63,341 bases of DNA, filler included, from Octopus bimaculoides (GCF_001194135.2; 6 parts of 5 records of this genome joined end to end with filler, not necessarily neighbours in it), one strand, 5' to 3'. Shown: positions 25,050 through 37,205, counted from the whole stretch's first letter. Made by a program: numbers and translations. Notes: generated from the sequence alone by a model not told the origin.

Positions 25050-26734
25050 GTTCAGTAGTTTTATTTTTATAACGTGGTTTCACTTCACTACCGAGTTCAG
25101 CTCTGTGTGCCTTGGGTATGTGCTGTGGTTTGCTGTGATGCTCTTATGGTTACTGTATTGAAAGTGTTTTGCGTAGGATGTGTGCAGTGCCCAGTAGTGC
25201 AATTTTCGGTATGTTATATATATTTGTAAGTCCTGGTGTTTTTGTTATGTATTTGTCTGAATATTTTTTTATTATACCTAAGGCACTTACTATGATAGGA
25301 ATTGTTTCTGTTTTTAGATTCCACATTCGAGTTACCTCTATTTCCAGGTCTTTGTATTTTGAAAGTTTTTCCATTTCTTTTAGGGNNNNNNNNNNNNNNN
25401 NNNNNNNNNNNNNNNNNNNNNNNNNNNNNNNNNNNNNNNNNNNNNNNNNNNNNNNNNNNNNNNNNNNNNNNNNNNNNNNNNNNNNNNNNNNNNNNNNNNN
25501 NNNNNNNNNNNNNNNNNNNNNNNNNNNNNNNNNNNNNNNNNNNNNNNNNNNNNNNNNNNNNNNNNNNNNNNNNNNNNNNNNNNNNNNNNNNNNNNNNNNN
25601 NNNNNNNNNNNNNNNNNNNNNNNNNNNNNNNNNNNNNNNNNNNNNNNNNNNNNNNNNNNNNNNNNNNNNNNNNNNNNNNNNNNNNNNNNNNNNNNNNNNN
25701 NNNNNNNNNNNNNNNNNNNNNNNNNNNNNNNNNNNNNNNNNNNNNNNNNNNNNNNNNNNNNNNNNNNNNNNNNNNNNNNNNNNNNNNNNNNNNNNNNNNN
25801 NNNNNNNNNNNNNNNNNNNNNNNNNNNNNNNNNNNNNNNNNNNNNNNNNNNNNNNNNNNNNNNNNNNNNNNNNNNNNNNNNNNNNNNNNNNNNNNNNNNN
25901 NNTCTTCTTCTTCTTCTTAGTATTTGTTAGGTAGTATGATTTCTTGTTTGTATTTGTCAGCTTCCTTAAATACTGAAAACAGTTTTTTGTTTTGCTCGTG
26001 TTTTGTGGCTATTTGTATTAGTTTTCCTTGCTTCTGGAGTAGATATTTTTGCAGTTCTATGGTGGTTATTTTATAATAGTTTTCCAGCTGTATAAGACCC
26101 CTGCCACCTTCTGTGCATTGTATATATAGCCTTTCTATGTCAGATTTTGGGTGGTGCATCCTATATCCTGTCATTTTTCTTGTTTTGCTTATTTTAGATA
26201 GTTCGTTTAGTGTCCAGTTAAGGATATTGTAGCTGTAGCTTATAACTGGGACAGCTAAAGTGTTAATACCTATTATCTTGTTTTTAGCATTGAGCTCTGT
26301 TTTTAGTATTGATCTAACTCATCTATAGTACTCTTTCTTTATTTTTTCTTTCATTTGTGTGTGTTGTATCCTATCTAGTTCATTGACTTCTAAATATTTG
26401 TATGGCTGGCTTTCGTCTAGTTCTCTTATTTCATTGGCTTTATCTAGTGTAATGTTGCTACTTTTAACTAATTTTCCTCTTTTCAGGGTTGCTTTGGCAC
26501 ATTTTTCTAATCCGAATTTCACATCTATTTCCTTGGTAAAGCCATGTACTGTCTGTAGTAGTGTTTCCAGCTCTTTGTCATTTCTAACGTATAATTTTAG
26601 GTCATCCATATATAAAAGGTGGCTGACTGTTTTGCCGTAACATTTGTATCCGCATCCAGTTCTATTTAGCAATTCAGTTAAAGGTATGAGTGCCAGGCAG
26701 AACAGGAGTGGAGAGAGCGTGTCTCCCTGGAATA
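25050..26734 (-). mobile_element. 5'-truncated R4/Dong-like retrotransposon (copy 3) inserted in (TAA)n
   Basis: RT motifs FQGDTLSPLLF and HLLYMDDLKLY; HHPKSDIERLY..GGRGL; RLE C-terminus EKLSKYKDLEIEV..MW..PIIVSALG..LLGTAHILRKTL; 3' UTR ends in (TAA)n; middle in gap. Confidence 0.9.
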
Positions 26735-26740
26735 TTATTA

Positions 26741-26783
<43 letters not shown>

Positions 26784-26789
26784 CATTCT

Positions 26790-27032
26790 GGTCACTGCCT
26801 GGAATCGAACTGAGTTCGATTCCAGGTAGTGACCTGAATAATAATAATAATAATAATAATTACATCGAAAAATACCTTAGGAACGAGAACCCAAGCTTAA
26901 AATTTCCCCAAGACACCTGTTGAAGGCTGGAGGTTATATTAACTGAAACGTGTTAACAACAAACAAGATGAGGACAAATATTTGTCAAATGTAAATAATG
27001 TACATAATTCCTCATTTCTTAAATATAGAACT
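26790..27032 (+). mobile_element. Small non-coding element: inverted tRNA T-arm palindrome + (AAT)n + degenerate minimal hammerhead-like motif
   Basis: 22-bp arms 26790-26811 and 26813-26834 (one G-T wobble) containing GTTCGATTCC; ACAC-CTGTTGA-AGGCTG..-GAAAC-GTGT at 26913-26953. Confidence 0.6.
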
Positions 27033-27375
27033 GAAAGAGATTCCTCTTGCCTCCTTTTTTAAAAATTGGGATTATCACCCTGGATTGCCATTACTTTGGT
27101 AAATAATGTACATAATTCCTCATTTCTTAAATATAGAACTGAAAGAGATTTCTCTTGCCTCCTTTTTTAAAAATTGGGATTATCACCCTGGATTGCCATT
27201 ACTTTGGTATATTTCCAGAGGTCAAAGCCACCTGATATATATGAGTCAGTGAGAGAATACCTTTAAGGATTTTAGCAGCTCAAGCCGAATTTCATCCTTT
27301 CCAGTGACCTTGCCACAATTGAGTGTTTTAATCACCTCTATGACTTCAGTTTCTGTAAAGTTAGTTTTCACAAGT
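27033..27375 (-). mobile_element. RTE LINE RT N-terminal fragment (part locally duplicated)
   Basis: TETEVIEVIKTLNCGKVTGKDEIRLELLK..GNIPK*WQSRVIIPIFKKGGKR. Confidence 0.75.
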
Positions 27376-27384
27376 CTCTTCTGG

Positions 27385-28145
27385 GAGATGGCCCTGCTCG
27401 ATATGTGAGAAGGGTGTTGGTAGAAACTCTATATGTTGTACCCAATGGTATCACAGAAAGGCTAGCAGAGAATATAGTCTTTGAGTGTGGAAAATGTGCA
27501 GGTACATTAAGCACTGAAAATGCACTGACAATAGACTCACTCAAATGCTTGGGGTGATCATTAAAAGTGGTAGATATCTTCTGTTACCTAGGAGACCGAG
27601 TTAGCAGGGGTGGAGGAAGTTCTGAAAGTGTAGTTGCTAGGTTAAGAACGAGCTGGGGAAAATTCAGAGAGTTTCTACCTTTGTTGGTAACTAAGGGCCT
27701 CTTCTTCAGAGTAAAAGGCAGATTGTATGATGTCTGTGTTTGTACAGCTATGTTACATGGCAATGAAACATGGGCTTTAACTACAGAGGACTTGCAAAGG
27801 CTTGGAAGAAATGGAACTAGCATGTTCTGCGGGATGGGTAATGTTAGTGTAACAGAGTGTAAATGATTTAAAAGGAAAACTGGGTACAAGAGGCATCAGA
27901 TGTTGTGTGTGAGTGAGAAGATTGCACTGGTTTGGTCATGTGATGCATCTGGATGAGGACAGCTGTGTAAAGAAGGTCCAAGCTGTAATTGTGGAGGGTA
28001 CATGTAGAAATGGTAGACCCATGATGACATGGGACAAAGTGGTGAGAAAGGATCTTTGGACGCTGGGCATTACTTTGGAAATGACAAGGGACCGGAAGAT
28101 GTGGCAATTTGCTGTTACATGTCATGCTAAGTAAAATCGCTGTTT
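27385..28145 (+). mobile_element. RTE LINE 3' fragment
   Basis: VDIFCYLGDRVSRGGGSSESVVAR..WGKFREFLPLL..MLHGNETWA and RRLHWFGHVMH..GRPMMTWDKVVRKDL. Confidence 0.85.
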
Positions 28146-28216
28146 TCCACACATACAGGCTTGTGAATGGATTTAGTAGATGGAAACATGAAAGAAGCCC
28201 ATTGTGTGTATATATA

Positions 28217-28276
<60 letters not shown>

Positions 28277-29513
28277 GAGGGTGTGTAAGTTATTTGAGGA
28301 TAGTTATATACTTACACAAAAATGACTCTTAGAAACAGACAGTAATGCCTTTTGACTGAAAAAGGTTTTGAAGATAAGACTAAGCATATTGTTTCATCAT
28401 TTTATTCAATAAAGTCTCCATCAGCTTCAATAATGGCTTCTATGCGAGGTCTGAATTGCCTACATGCTAGGATCAAGTGGTCTGTGTTTATATTGGATAT
28501 TACTCTGGAGGATTTTAGGGATTCTTTGGTGTAATGAGGGTGCTCATTAACCTCTTTCTCAACTATGCTCCATACATAGTAGTCCAATGGATTGAGATCT
28601 GGAGAGCTAGGAGGCCAAATATTGGGGGTTGTGTGGTCATGGAAATTTTCCGCCATCTATACCTGCATTGTTGTAGCCTTGCATGATGGTGCTGAGTCTT
28701 GTTGAAACACATGTCTTCTGTTGCATACATCATCGATCCATGGCTTAACCACTGTAGTCAGAACATCTATGTAGGCAGTAGAGTTTACTCGAAGAGCTTG
28801 TGGAAAGAAATGAACAGGCATCACATATCCTTCATTGCTGACAACTCCAACACCATGACAGTTGCAGGAAATTTTGCATGCATTACTCTTGAAACTTCCG
28901 AAGGGTCTGTACATAACTATCTGTCATTTCTTCTGTGTACTTACTGATCTTAATCAAAGTTTTTCTTGTCTGAGAAGAACCGAATGATATCTTTCTCTGG
29001 TGGGTTTTTAAGTTTGTTCAGGAGTCTTTTAAGCGATTTTCCTTCACTGTTTCTGACATGAAATGACCGTTTCTCATCACATAAGATTTGTATCTGATGT
29101 CTTTGTGGACAACATTTCGGATTGTTCCTTCTGACACATGGTGTTCTTTTGCAAACAACCTCATGGATCTTCTGGGATTGTTATCAATGGTCTGCTTTAC
29201 TTGTTGAATAAATTCTGGTGTTCTAATAGTATCAGTGTGTCTACAATGTTTCTTATGTTTTGATACTGGTGATACATTTCTGTTTTTAACCTCTAACTCC
29301 TTGTGAATTTTGTAGACAAAGGATCTAGCGACTTTTAAAAATCGTGCTATTTCTAAATTGCTATGTTCAGCCTTTATAGCCACGACAACTACACATTTCT
29401 TGTGTAATCATAGGGTTTGCCATTGATAATTCTGAAATATAGAAAATATTATGTTGATAAATATGCTGTTATAGTAAAATCAACATATGTCCTCAAATAC
29501 CTTACGCACCCTG
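28277..29513 (-). mobile_element. Full-length but inactivated DD37D (maT/Bmmar1-type) Tc1/mariner transposon
   Basis: 25-bp TIRs match 21/25; TA after right end; HTH region, FFSDKK, FQQDSAP and WPPSSPDLNPLDY with 37 residues between 2nd and 3rd Asp (one is an in-frame TAG); several frameshifts. Confidence 0.9.
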
Positions 29514-29582
29514 TATATATGGTCTGCATGTAACATCTCAAGGTACATCTTTTTTTTCTCTGATGAAATTATGCTCATGTCA

Positions 29583-30090
29583 CATCATCATCATCATTGT
29601 TTAACGTCTGTTTTCCATGCTGGTATGAGTTTGATGGTTTGATTAAGGCCTGGAAAGCCAGCGGCTGCACCAGGCTCCAGTCTGATCTGGCAAAGTTTCT
29701 ACAGCTGGATGCCCTTCCTAATGCCAACCACTCCGAGAGTATAATGGGTGTTTTTTATGTGTCACTGGCACAGGAGCCACTCAGGTGGCCTTATCATCGA
29801 TCATGTTCAGATTGTGCTTTTTATGTGCCACTGGCATGACAGCCAGTCAGAGGGCACTGGCATTATCCACAGGAGCCAGTTAGGGGGCACTGGCCACAGC
29901 TACAATTTTGGTTTTACTTGACTCAGCAGGTCTTCTCAAGCATATATCGCCCAACGCATCAAGGCTACTTTTAAATGGGCCAGACATGCAACACTGGCAT
30001 CAGCCATGGCTGTGATCTCACTTTAGTTGCTGAGGCTTCTCAATTACAGCATATCTCCAAAGGTCTTGGTCTCCTGCCATTGCCTTTGTG
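29583..30090 (-). mobile_element. 5'-truncated RTE copy (last codons + 3' UTR + (GAT)n tail)
   Basis: Minus strand GACCAAGACCTTTGGAGATATGCTG resembles the RTE ORF end at 28080; GTTGGCATTAGGAAGGGCATCCAGCTGTAGAAAC; tail at 29583-29598. Confidence 0.75.
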
Positions 30091-30249
30091 TGAAATGCAA
30101 ATTTAATGTACAAATTTGTAATTAAATTATTGAGTATTAATTGAAACAGCTGTAAGAATCAAAGATGACCAATTTCTTGATAGTAAATAATTACTTACTT
30201 CCTAATCCCTATTTTCTTTTCTTCTTTTAACTATATATATTTTCCATTT

Positions 30250-30350
30250 TCTTGTTTCAGTCATTTGACTGCGGCCATGCTGGAGTACCACCTTTAAGTC
30301 GAACAAATCAACCCCTGGAATTATTCTTTGTAAGTCTAGTACTTATTCTA
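30250..30350 (-). mobile_element. SINE family B tail, truncated by gap
   Basis: CTTGTTTCAGTCATTTGACTGCGGCCATGCTGGAG. Confidence 0.8.
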
Positions 30351-30743
30351 NNNNNNNNNNNNNNNNNNNNNNNNNNNNNNNNNNNNNNNNNNNNNNNNNN
30401 NNNNNNNNNNNNNNNNNNNNNNNNNNNNNNNNNNNNNNNNNNNNNNNNNNNNNNNNNNNNNNNNNNNNNNNNNNNNNNNNNNNNNNNNNNNNNNNNNNNN
30501 NNNNNNNNNNNNNNNNNNNNNNNNNNNNNNNNNNNNNNNNNNNNNNNNNNNNNNNNNNNNNNNNNNNNNNNNNNNNNNNNNNNNNNNNNNNNNNNNNNNN
30601 NNNNNNNNNNNNNNNNNNNNNNNNNNNNNNNNNNNNNNNNNNNNNNNNNNNNNNNNNNNNNNNNNNNNNNNNNNNNNNNNNNNNNNNNNNNNNNNNNNNN
30701 NNNNNNNNNNNNNNNNNNNNNNNNNNNNNNNNNNNNNNNNNNN

Positions 30744-30847
30744 GGAGAAATATTGATGAACAACAATAATAATTGATGTAAGTCAACTTACATCAATTAT
30801 TATTTATTAATTGATGTAAGTCAATTGTTGTTCATCAGTATTTCTCC
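30744..30847. repeat. Nested inverted-repeat (fold-back) structure
   Basis: Outer 24-bp arms match 23/24; inner near-perfect 34-bp palindrome; a third copy of TAATTGATGTAAGTCAA. Confidence 0.85.
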
Positions 30848-31139
30848 ATTTTCTGTTTTCTTTAAATTTTGATTCTTCATAAACTCATTTTTATCCTTGT
30901 CTTTACCTATAATTTATGAACATAATATGCTTGCATATGTATGTCCATGGTTAAACATAGGTAATATACTGGTAGTGTAATGGATATTTCTATCCTTTAG
31001 ACGGTTATTTTAACCTCTAACTCAGCTATATATCTATATCTATCTATCTATCTATCTTTACGCATACACATACACACACACATACACACACATATGTGTG
31101 TGTGTATACGTATATATCAATATCTAATATATATGTGTG

Positions 31140-31310
31140 TGTGTGTGTGTGTTTGTCCCTCAACATTGCTTGACAACCGATGTTGGTGTGTTTACATCCC
31201 TTAGTTTGGCAAAAGAGACTGATAGAATAAGTACTAGACTTAGAAAATAAGTCCTGGGGTAAAACTGGGTAAAGTCGATGCCCTAGCATGGCCACAGTTA
31301 AATATATGTG
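31140..31310 (+). mobile_element. SINE family B tail
   Basis: TTGCTTGACAACCGATGTTGGTGTGTTTAC..GATAGAATAAGTACTAG..CCCTAGCATGGCCACAG. Confidence 0.75.
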
Positions 31311-31690
31311 TATATAAATATAATTAAGATTCATTTGAATTAGGTACTTAAATTGAGGTACCAAGCCAGTTCAGTATAGTCCATGCAGCTCGAAGTTGAG
31401 TGAACAAAATGCAAATAAGTAACAAGGATGTCCAGGTATCAGTGCATTGTTTCAAGCGGCTCCATTTAATCGATCAATGAAAACACTACATCAGTTCAAA
31501 AGAGACCACTCTCCTCAGAAGCAGATGACCATATAGATTTCCAGCATAAAAGATAAACCATTTGTAGCATTTATAGCAAATTTATATCAGTACTAGAAAT
31601 CAAAATAATCACTTTTTCCGTATGTTATATTTGTGACAGAATAAATTCAGAAAATAATGCATCTCTATGTAAGTCTACTATAATTTAGAG

Positions 31691-32003
31691 CATACATTCT
31701 CAAAGTGGGTGCTACCGCCCCCTGGTAGGCATTGAGAGGGTCCAGGTGGGTGCTGGTGTCTACCGAGGCAGTAGAGAAAAAGGAGACATTGGGAGAAAGG
31801 CAGTGGATTGAGGGGACACTTATGAATTTTATTATAGTATTCTATACAAATTATATAATATTATATTAAATATCAAATGATTCATAGTATATATAAATTA
31901 ATAAAATCTGAAATATGTTATACATAAAAATAGGGGTGGGGGCACTGAGGGTATTATGTTGCCATGAGGTGGGGTGGTGGCCCAAAAAGTTTGAGAACCT
32001 CTG
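31691..32003. mobile_element. hAT-superfamily (Charlie-type) MITE
   Basis: Termini CATACATTCTCAAAGT and rc CAGAGGTTCTCAAACT (12/16); perfect 8-bp TSD ATTTAGAG (31683-31690, 32004-32011). Confidence 0.85.
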
Positions 32004-33108
32004 ATTTAGAGAGTTGCAGAAGAAAATAGTGGGGTGGGGGTCAAGATATAGGAATGGTGAGATAGTTATTTATTTTTATTTATAAGATTTTATGCAGCAT
32101 ATAGTCTACAACCATATAGAATTAAATCCATTGAGAGTTGTCAGCTATGTTCCAGTTGATGGTGATAAATTACTGGGATCATATATTAAGTTTTATCTAC
32201 ATAAAAAGATATGTCTCAGGGTTGCTAGTGAGAGAATGACTGATGGGGAAGAGGTGATAACTAAAAGAAGAAAGGATGGGGGTGGTTAGTCCTTATTTAG
32301 ATTATAAAATAAAAGGGGAATGTAGGGAAAAACAAAAGAGGTAAAAATAAGCTCTAAGGGTGGGAATTAGAAATGAGGGATACGGGGTGTAATAATTCAT
32401 AATTTAGCATATTCATTTTATTGAATTTAGAAAAGAATTATAAATCAATATATAGGAAAAGGATAGAAATTAAACTTAAAACTGAATTATGGGATACTTT
32501 AATATATAAGAGAAAGTTCATAGGACCTTTCCTAGGCATATTGTTAAGTTGTTTGTGATAAAATCATTCCACATTGAATTTATAAATGAATTAAATTATC
32601 ATCTGAATAGGAGTACATAGTATATATTAAATCAAAACAAAGATTATTATCCTCATTACAGGTGGATAAGTATAAGATATCGAAAATATGGAATCGAATG
32701 TAAGGAATAATTAAATTAGCAGTATACCAAATGTATAATAGAGTGCATGCAGAAGTAATAGCTAAACCGATATGGGCATGTAACTACTTATTGAATATTA
32801 TAAGATTAGAAGCTCAAATAAAATAAAATAAGTATTTCCATATCAGGTAAACTTTTATAAAAGATCTTGTAAAAAAATTTATAAATTTATAAAATGGCAA
32901 AGGTAGATAAACACCTATTGTTTGCCTTTATAGCAAGGCATTTCCCCCACTCCATATTTGTAGAGGTCTTAGGCCAGCGTGTTTGGGGTTTGAATATATA
33001 TGAACAAGAAACCCAGGGTAATGCCATAAACTGGCCTTTCCCATTATAATATTAACTGCTCTACATCTTAGAGTGTGCTTCTCCACTGGATTTATATATT
33101 CCTATAAA

Positions 33109-33142
<34 letters not shown>

Positions 33143-33784
33143 CAGGCTTCTTTCAGTTTCCATCTACCAAATCCACTCATGAGGCTATAGTAGAAGACAC
33201 TCATTAAAGTATAGAGTTGAATTTCGTGTAGCCACCTGTTGTCAACCTTTATCCCCCACCCATTTTGTAGGGAGTAATACCCATTTTTCTGGGCTCTTTT
33301 CACAGCTANNNNNNNNNNNNNNNNNNNNNNNNNNNNNNNNNNNNNNNNNNNNNNNNNNNNNNNNNNNNNNNNNNNNNNNNNNNNNNNNNNNNNNNNNNNN
33401 NNNNNNNNNNNNNNNNNNNNNNNNNNNNNNNNNNNNNNNNNNNNNNNNNNNNNNNNNNNNNNNNNNNNNNNNNNNNNNNNNNNNNNNNNNNNNNNNNNNN
33501 NNNNNNNNNNNNNNNNNNNNNNNNNNNNNNNNNNNNNNNNNNNNNNNNNNNNNNNNNNNNNNNNNNNNNNNNNNNNNNNNNNNNNNNNNNNNNNNNNNNN
33601 NNNNNNNNNNNNNNNNNNNNNNNNNNNNNNNNNNNNNNNNNNNNNNNNNNNNNNNTATTGTTAAAAGTAAAGAAAGTAGAAAAGATCGAATGTATTTCAG
33701 TCTAACTGTCATTTCAAATGACTGATGCTTTCCTTTCTTTAGCTCTATCGCTTCTCTCCTTTTCTCTACAGTTAAGAGAGAAAA

Positions 33785-34075
33785 GGTGCATGGTTCAGTG
33801 GTTAGGGGTATTCAGCCCATGATTGTAACGTCATGAGTACGATTCCCAGTGGTGTGCTGTGTTCTTGAGCAAGGAACTCTACTTCACCTTCTGCAGTCCA
33901 CTCAGCAGGCAAAAATGAGTTGTAGCTGTAATTCAAATGGGCCAGCCTTATCACATTCTGTGTAAGGCTGAATCTCCCTGAGAACTACGCTTGTGGAGTA
34001 CTCAGTCACTTGCGCGTTAATTTTCCATTGATCAGATAAACAGGAACCTTATTGCCATAACCAGTGGAGTGCCAT
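33785..34075 (+). mobile_element. SINE family C, CpG-decayed copy
   Basis: Collinear with 425-736; many CG to TG/CA changes. Confidence 0.8.
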
Positions 34076-36242
34076 TTTTTAAAAAGAGTGAAAGAAAAGG
34101 AAATGTTCCATATCGTAAGGCAAAAATGTTGTGTTTAGTTTAAGCAGTGAAAGCTAAGACCAAATAATATACTATTCCATTGTGTAGTGACTTCACCCTT
34201 GACTCACACTCAGTTTGATAGCAACAGCCTGTGCATCGGTGTTTATCTGGGAGCTTGGCCTCCAGATCTGTGAGACCCACAAATTCTGCTTTTAGGACTG
34301 GATTAACATCCATAGTGACCCTAATGACTAAAAAGATTTTCCTGCCCCTATATAGGATCTTTTTTCATTTTTTTCCTGCCACTTGAAGGTTTATCTTGCT
34401 CCAGTCCACTCAGCTGGCCAAAATGAGTTGTAGCTATAATTCAAAGGGGCTAGCCTTGTCACTTGCAAGTTAATTTTATCCTCATATGGTAATGAAAAGT
34501 GAAAATGACATCTAATATTTGCTGTAGTTATTTGTCTTTGATTTAACAATGTATCTGTGTATCACCTTTTCTTTCGACCTATGTATCTACTATCTCTCTC
34601 ACTTCCTTTGTGTCCCTTCTCTCTCCCGCTTGTAATTTAGCATTGTGTATAGATCTATGTATCAGTCTACTCTGAAAATACTGATAAACATTTAAAAACA
34701 CAAAATGGACACCATCACCACTCAGTCTCTTTCTTTTTCTCTCACTTTTTCTATGTCCTCCTCTCTTCTGCTTTGTCACTCACTTCTTCCTTTCAAGTAA
34801 GTGTGACACACACCACAGGTACGTACAAAAACAAACAGTTGGTGTATTAATAATATTGATTATTTTTATATTTTAATGAAAATTTATACAAATCCCTTTC
34901 AAACGGCATAGATTACAATTATAAAGAAGTTTGTGGGGAAATTTTTTTCAGGGATTTTCCCCATTTTTTTAAAACCACAGCCTTCAAAATGATGTGGGGG
35001 TGGGGNNNNNNNNNNNNNNNNNNNNNNNNNNNNNNNNNNNNNNNNNNNNNNNNNNNNNNNNNNNNNNNNNNNNNNNNNNNNNNNNNNNNNNNNNNNNNNN
35101 NNNNNNNNNNNNNNNNNNNNNNNNNNNNNNNNNNNNNNNNNNNNNNNNNNNNNNNNNNNNNNNNNNNNNNNNNNNNNNNNNNNNNNNNNNNNNNNNNNNN
35201 NNNNNNNNNNNNNNNNNNNNNNNNNNNNNNNNNNNNTTTTTACACCCCCTCCCTCATCATCCCACTGCGGACCTATTTGGGCCAATTTTTTTGTACTTCA
35301 AAACCATGGGAAGAGCATTTTCGGAAAAAAAGCAAAAAAAAAAAAAAGAAAAAAGAGGAAAAATTGTTAATATTTTCAGATTTAAGGACAATTTGGCTGT
35401 TGTTTCTAGCACATCCAAAGACAACCCTCCTTGTTTCTTTATCACTCTTGCATGTATTGATGTTTTTCAATATTTTTTCCTCATAAATACATTTATATGC
35501 TATAAAAAAGAAAATTTCTGAAATTATGAATTTTTTGCAACCCTCACTCCCAGTCCCCAATTGTTTCTGTTTAGAAATTGAAATATTGGAGAGCCTGAGG
35601 TCATTGTTGGCATTTATCTATAGTGATTAAAAAAAAATTATACAGATGTACTGAGATCTGAGATCATGTACTGATCCAAGAACAATTGCTGCATGGAAGA
35701 TGTTTGTAAGCCATTCAAGGACACACAAAAAAAACATTAGTTTTACTTCAACATTAAAATTTTATTTGTGTCCAAATACTTTCATTGTTTTGAAATTGCA
35801 ACCTGTTCACTGACAAAACTTCACAAAAATGATGCAGCACAAAGTTTTGTCAGTGAACAGCACACACACACACATTCATTTGCTTTTCATTTGTGTGTAT
35901 GTGCATTTGTGTGTGTGCGCGAGTGTGTATTGGTGTGAGTGTGTGTCACTGATGAAATTGTGCATGCAACTTGTTTGTGTATATATTGGCTTAGTGGTAC
36001 AGAGTGGTTGGAAACTGTGAATGAGATGCAAGTTTTGAGTACTAATAGTAATTACCCAACTTCCTAGACTCTTCTCACACCTTTCCTGTGTTCAAAAATT
36101 ATATGGGTATTTTAAAAAATTGTCATTCAATAAGTAATATTTTTACATTACGTATACATTAATAGAATAAACAGTTGGTTTTCCAAATAGCAAATTAAAA
36201 CTTAAAAGAGAAAGTGAGAGACATTGCAAAGGAAAATGGAAT

Positions 36243-36342
36243 NNNNNNNNNNNNNNNNNNNNNNNNNNNNNNNNNNNNNNNNNNNNTTAATTAATTAANN
36301 NNNNNNNNNNNNNNNNNNNNNNNNNNNNNNNNNNNNNNNNNN
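36243..36342. other. Assembly placeholder gap with TTAATTAATTAA linker
   Basis: 44 N + 12 + 44 N. Confidence 0.95.
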
Positions 36343-36389
<47 letters not shown>

Positions 36390-36968
36390 ATATATATTAT
36401 GCATGTACATGTATATATATATACATAGGATATCATTTAATGAATCCAGAAGTATTAATGGCAAAGTCAACCTCACAAGAAATCTTGATCCTTTACATTT
36501 TGAGTCATGGAGCTCAGCTCTCTTTTGTTTTTTGAATTTTATTTTTTTACACAAATGTAATTTTGCATGTTAATTATATAAATTAACACTGGTGGTGGTG
36601 GGTGTGTTGGGAACACTCGTGGTAGCATTGTGCTGGTTTTATTTGCTGTGGAATATTTGGTTGCTATGGAAATGGGGCAATTATGTTTTCTTGTTGGTTG
36701 ATAAGGAGGGGTTTAGATGGACCAAGGTTTGCAAAAATTTCGGTCTTTGAAGGTTTGTAACTTTTTGCTTTTAGTGCTGGTTTCTCACCCGAAAAATGAC
36801 AAAAACAAGTGTGGCTTTCATAATTGACATGTAAAACTTCATTTGTGTAGGAAATTTGTGAAAAAAAGTAAAACAGAAAAAGGCACCTTGTTACTCAAAC
36901 AGAAAATATACAAAATTGAAATTCAGAACACGAAGGGACATAACTTAATACTACTGTTGCTATTTTGT

Positions 36969-37205
36969 CTCTTATTTCTTTATTACCCACAAGGGGCTAA
37001 ACATAGAGGGGACAAACAAGGACAGACAAAGGGATTAAGTCGATTACATCGACCCCAGTGCGTAACTGGTACTTAATTTATCGACCCCGAAAGGAGGAAA
37101 GGCAAATTCCGTGACCTCAGCGGAATTTGAACTCAGAACGTAGCTGCAGACGAAATACCACTAAGTATTTTACCCGGTGTGCAAACGTTTCTACCAGCTC
37201 GCTGC
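36969..37205 (-). mobile_element. SINE family A, young complete copy
   Basis: 15-bp TSD CTGTTGCTATTTTGT (36954-36968, 37206-37220); near-identical to 52861-53097. Confidence 0.9.

Noticed and set aside
32010-33060. Very AT-rich block with a 65-aa ORF (MQHIVYNHIELNP..)
   Set aside because: No recognisable motif, splice pattern or repeat structure. It may be an old TE relic but I cannot support that.
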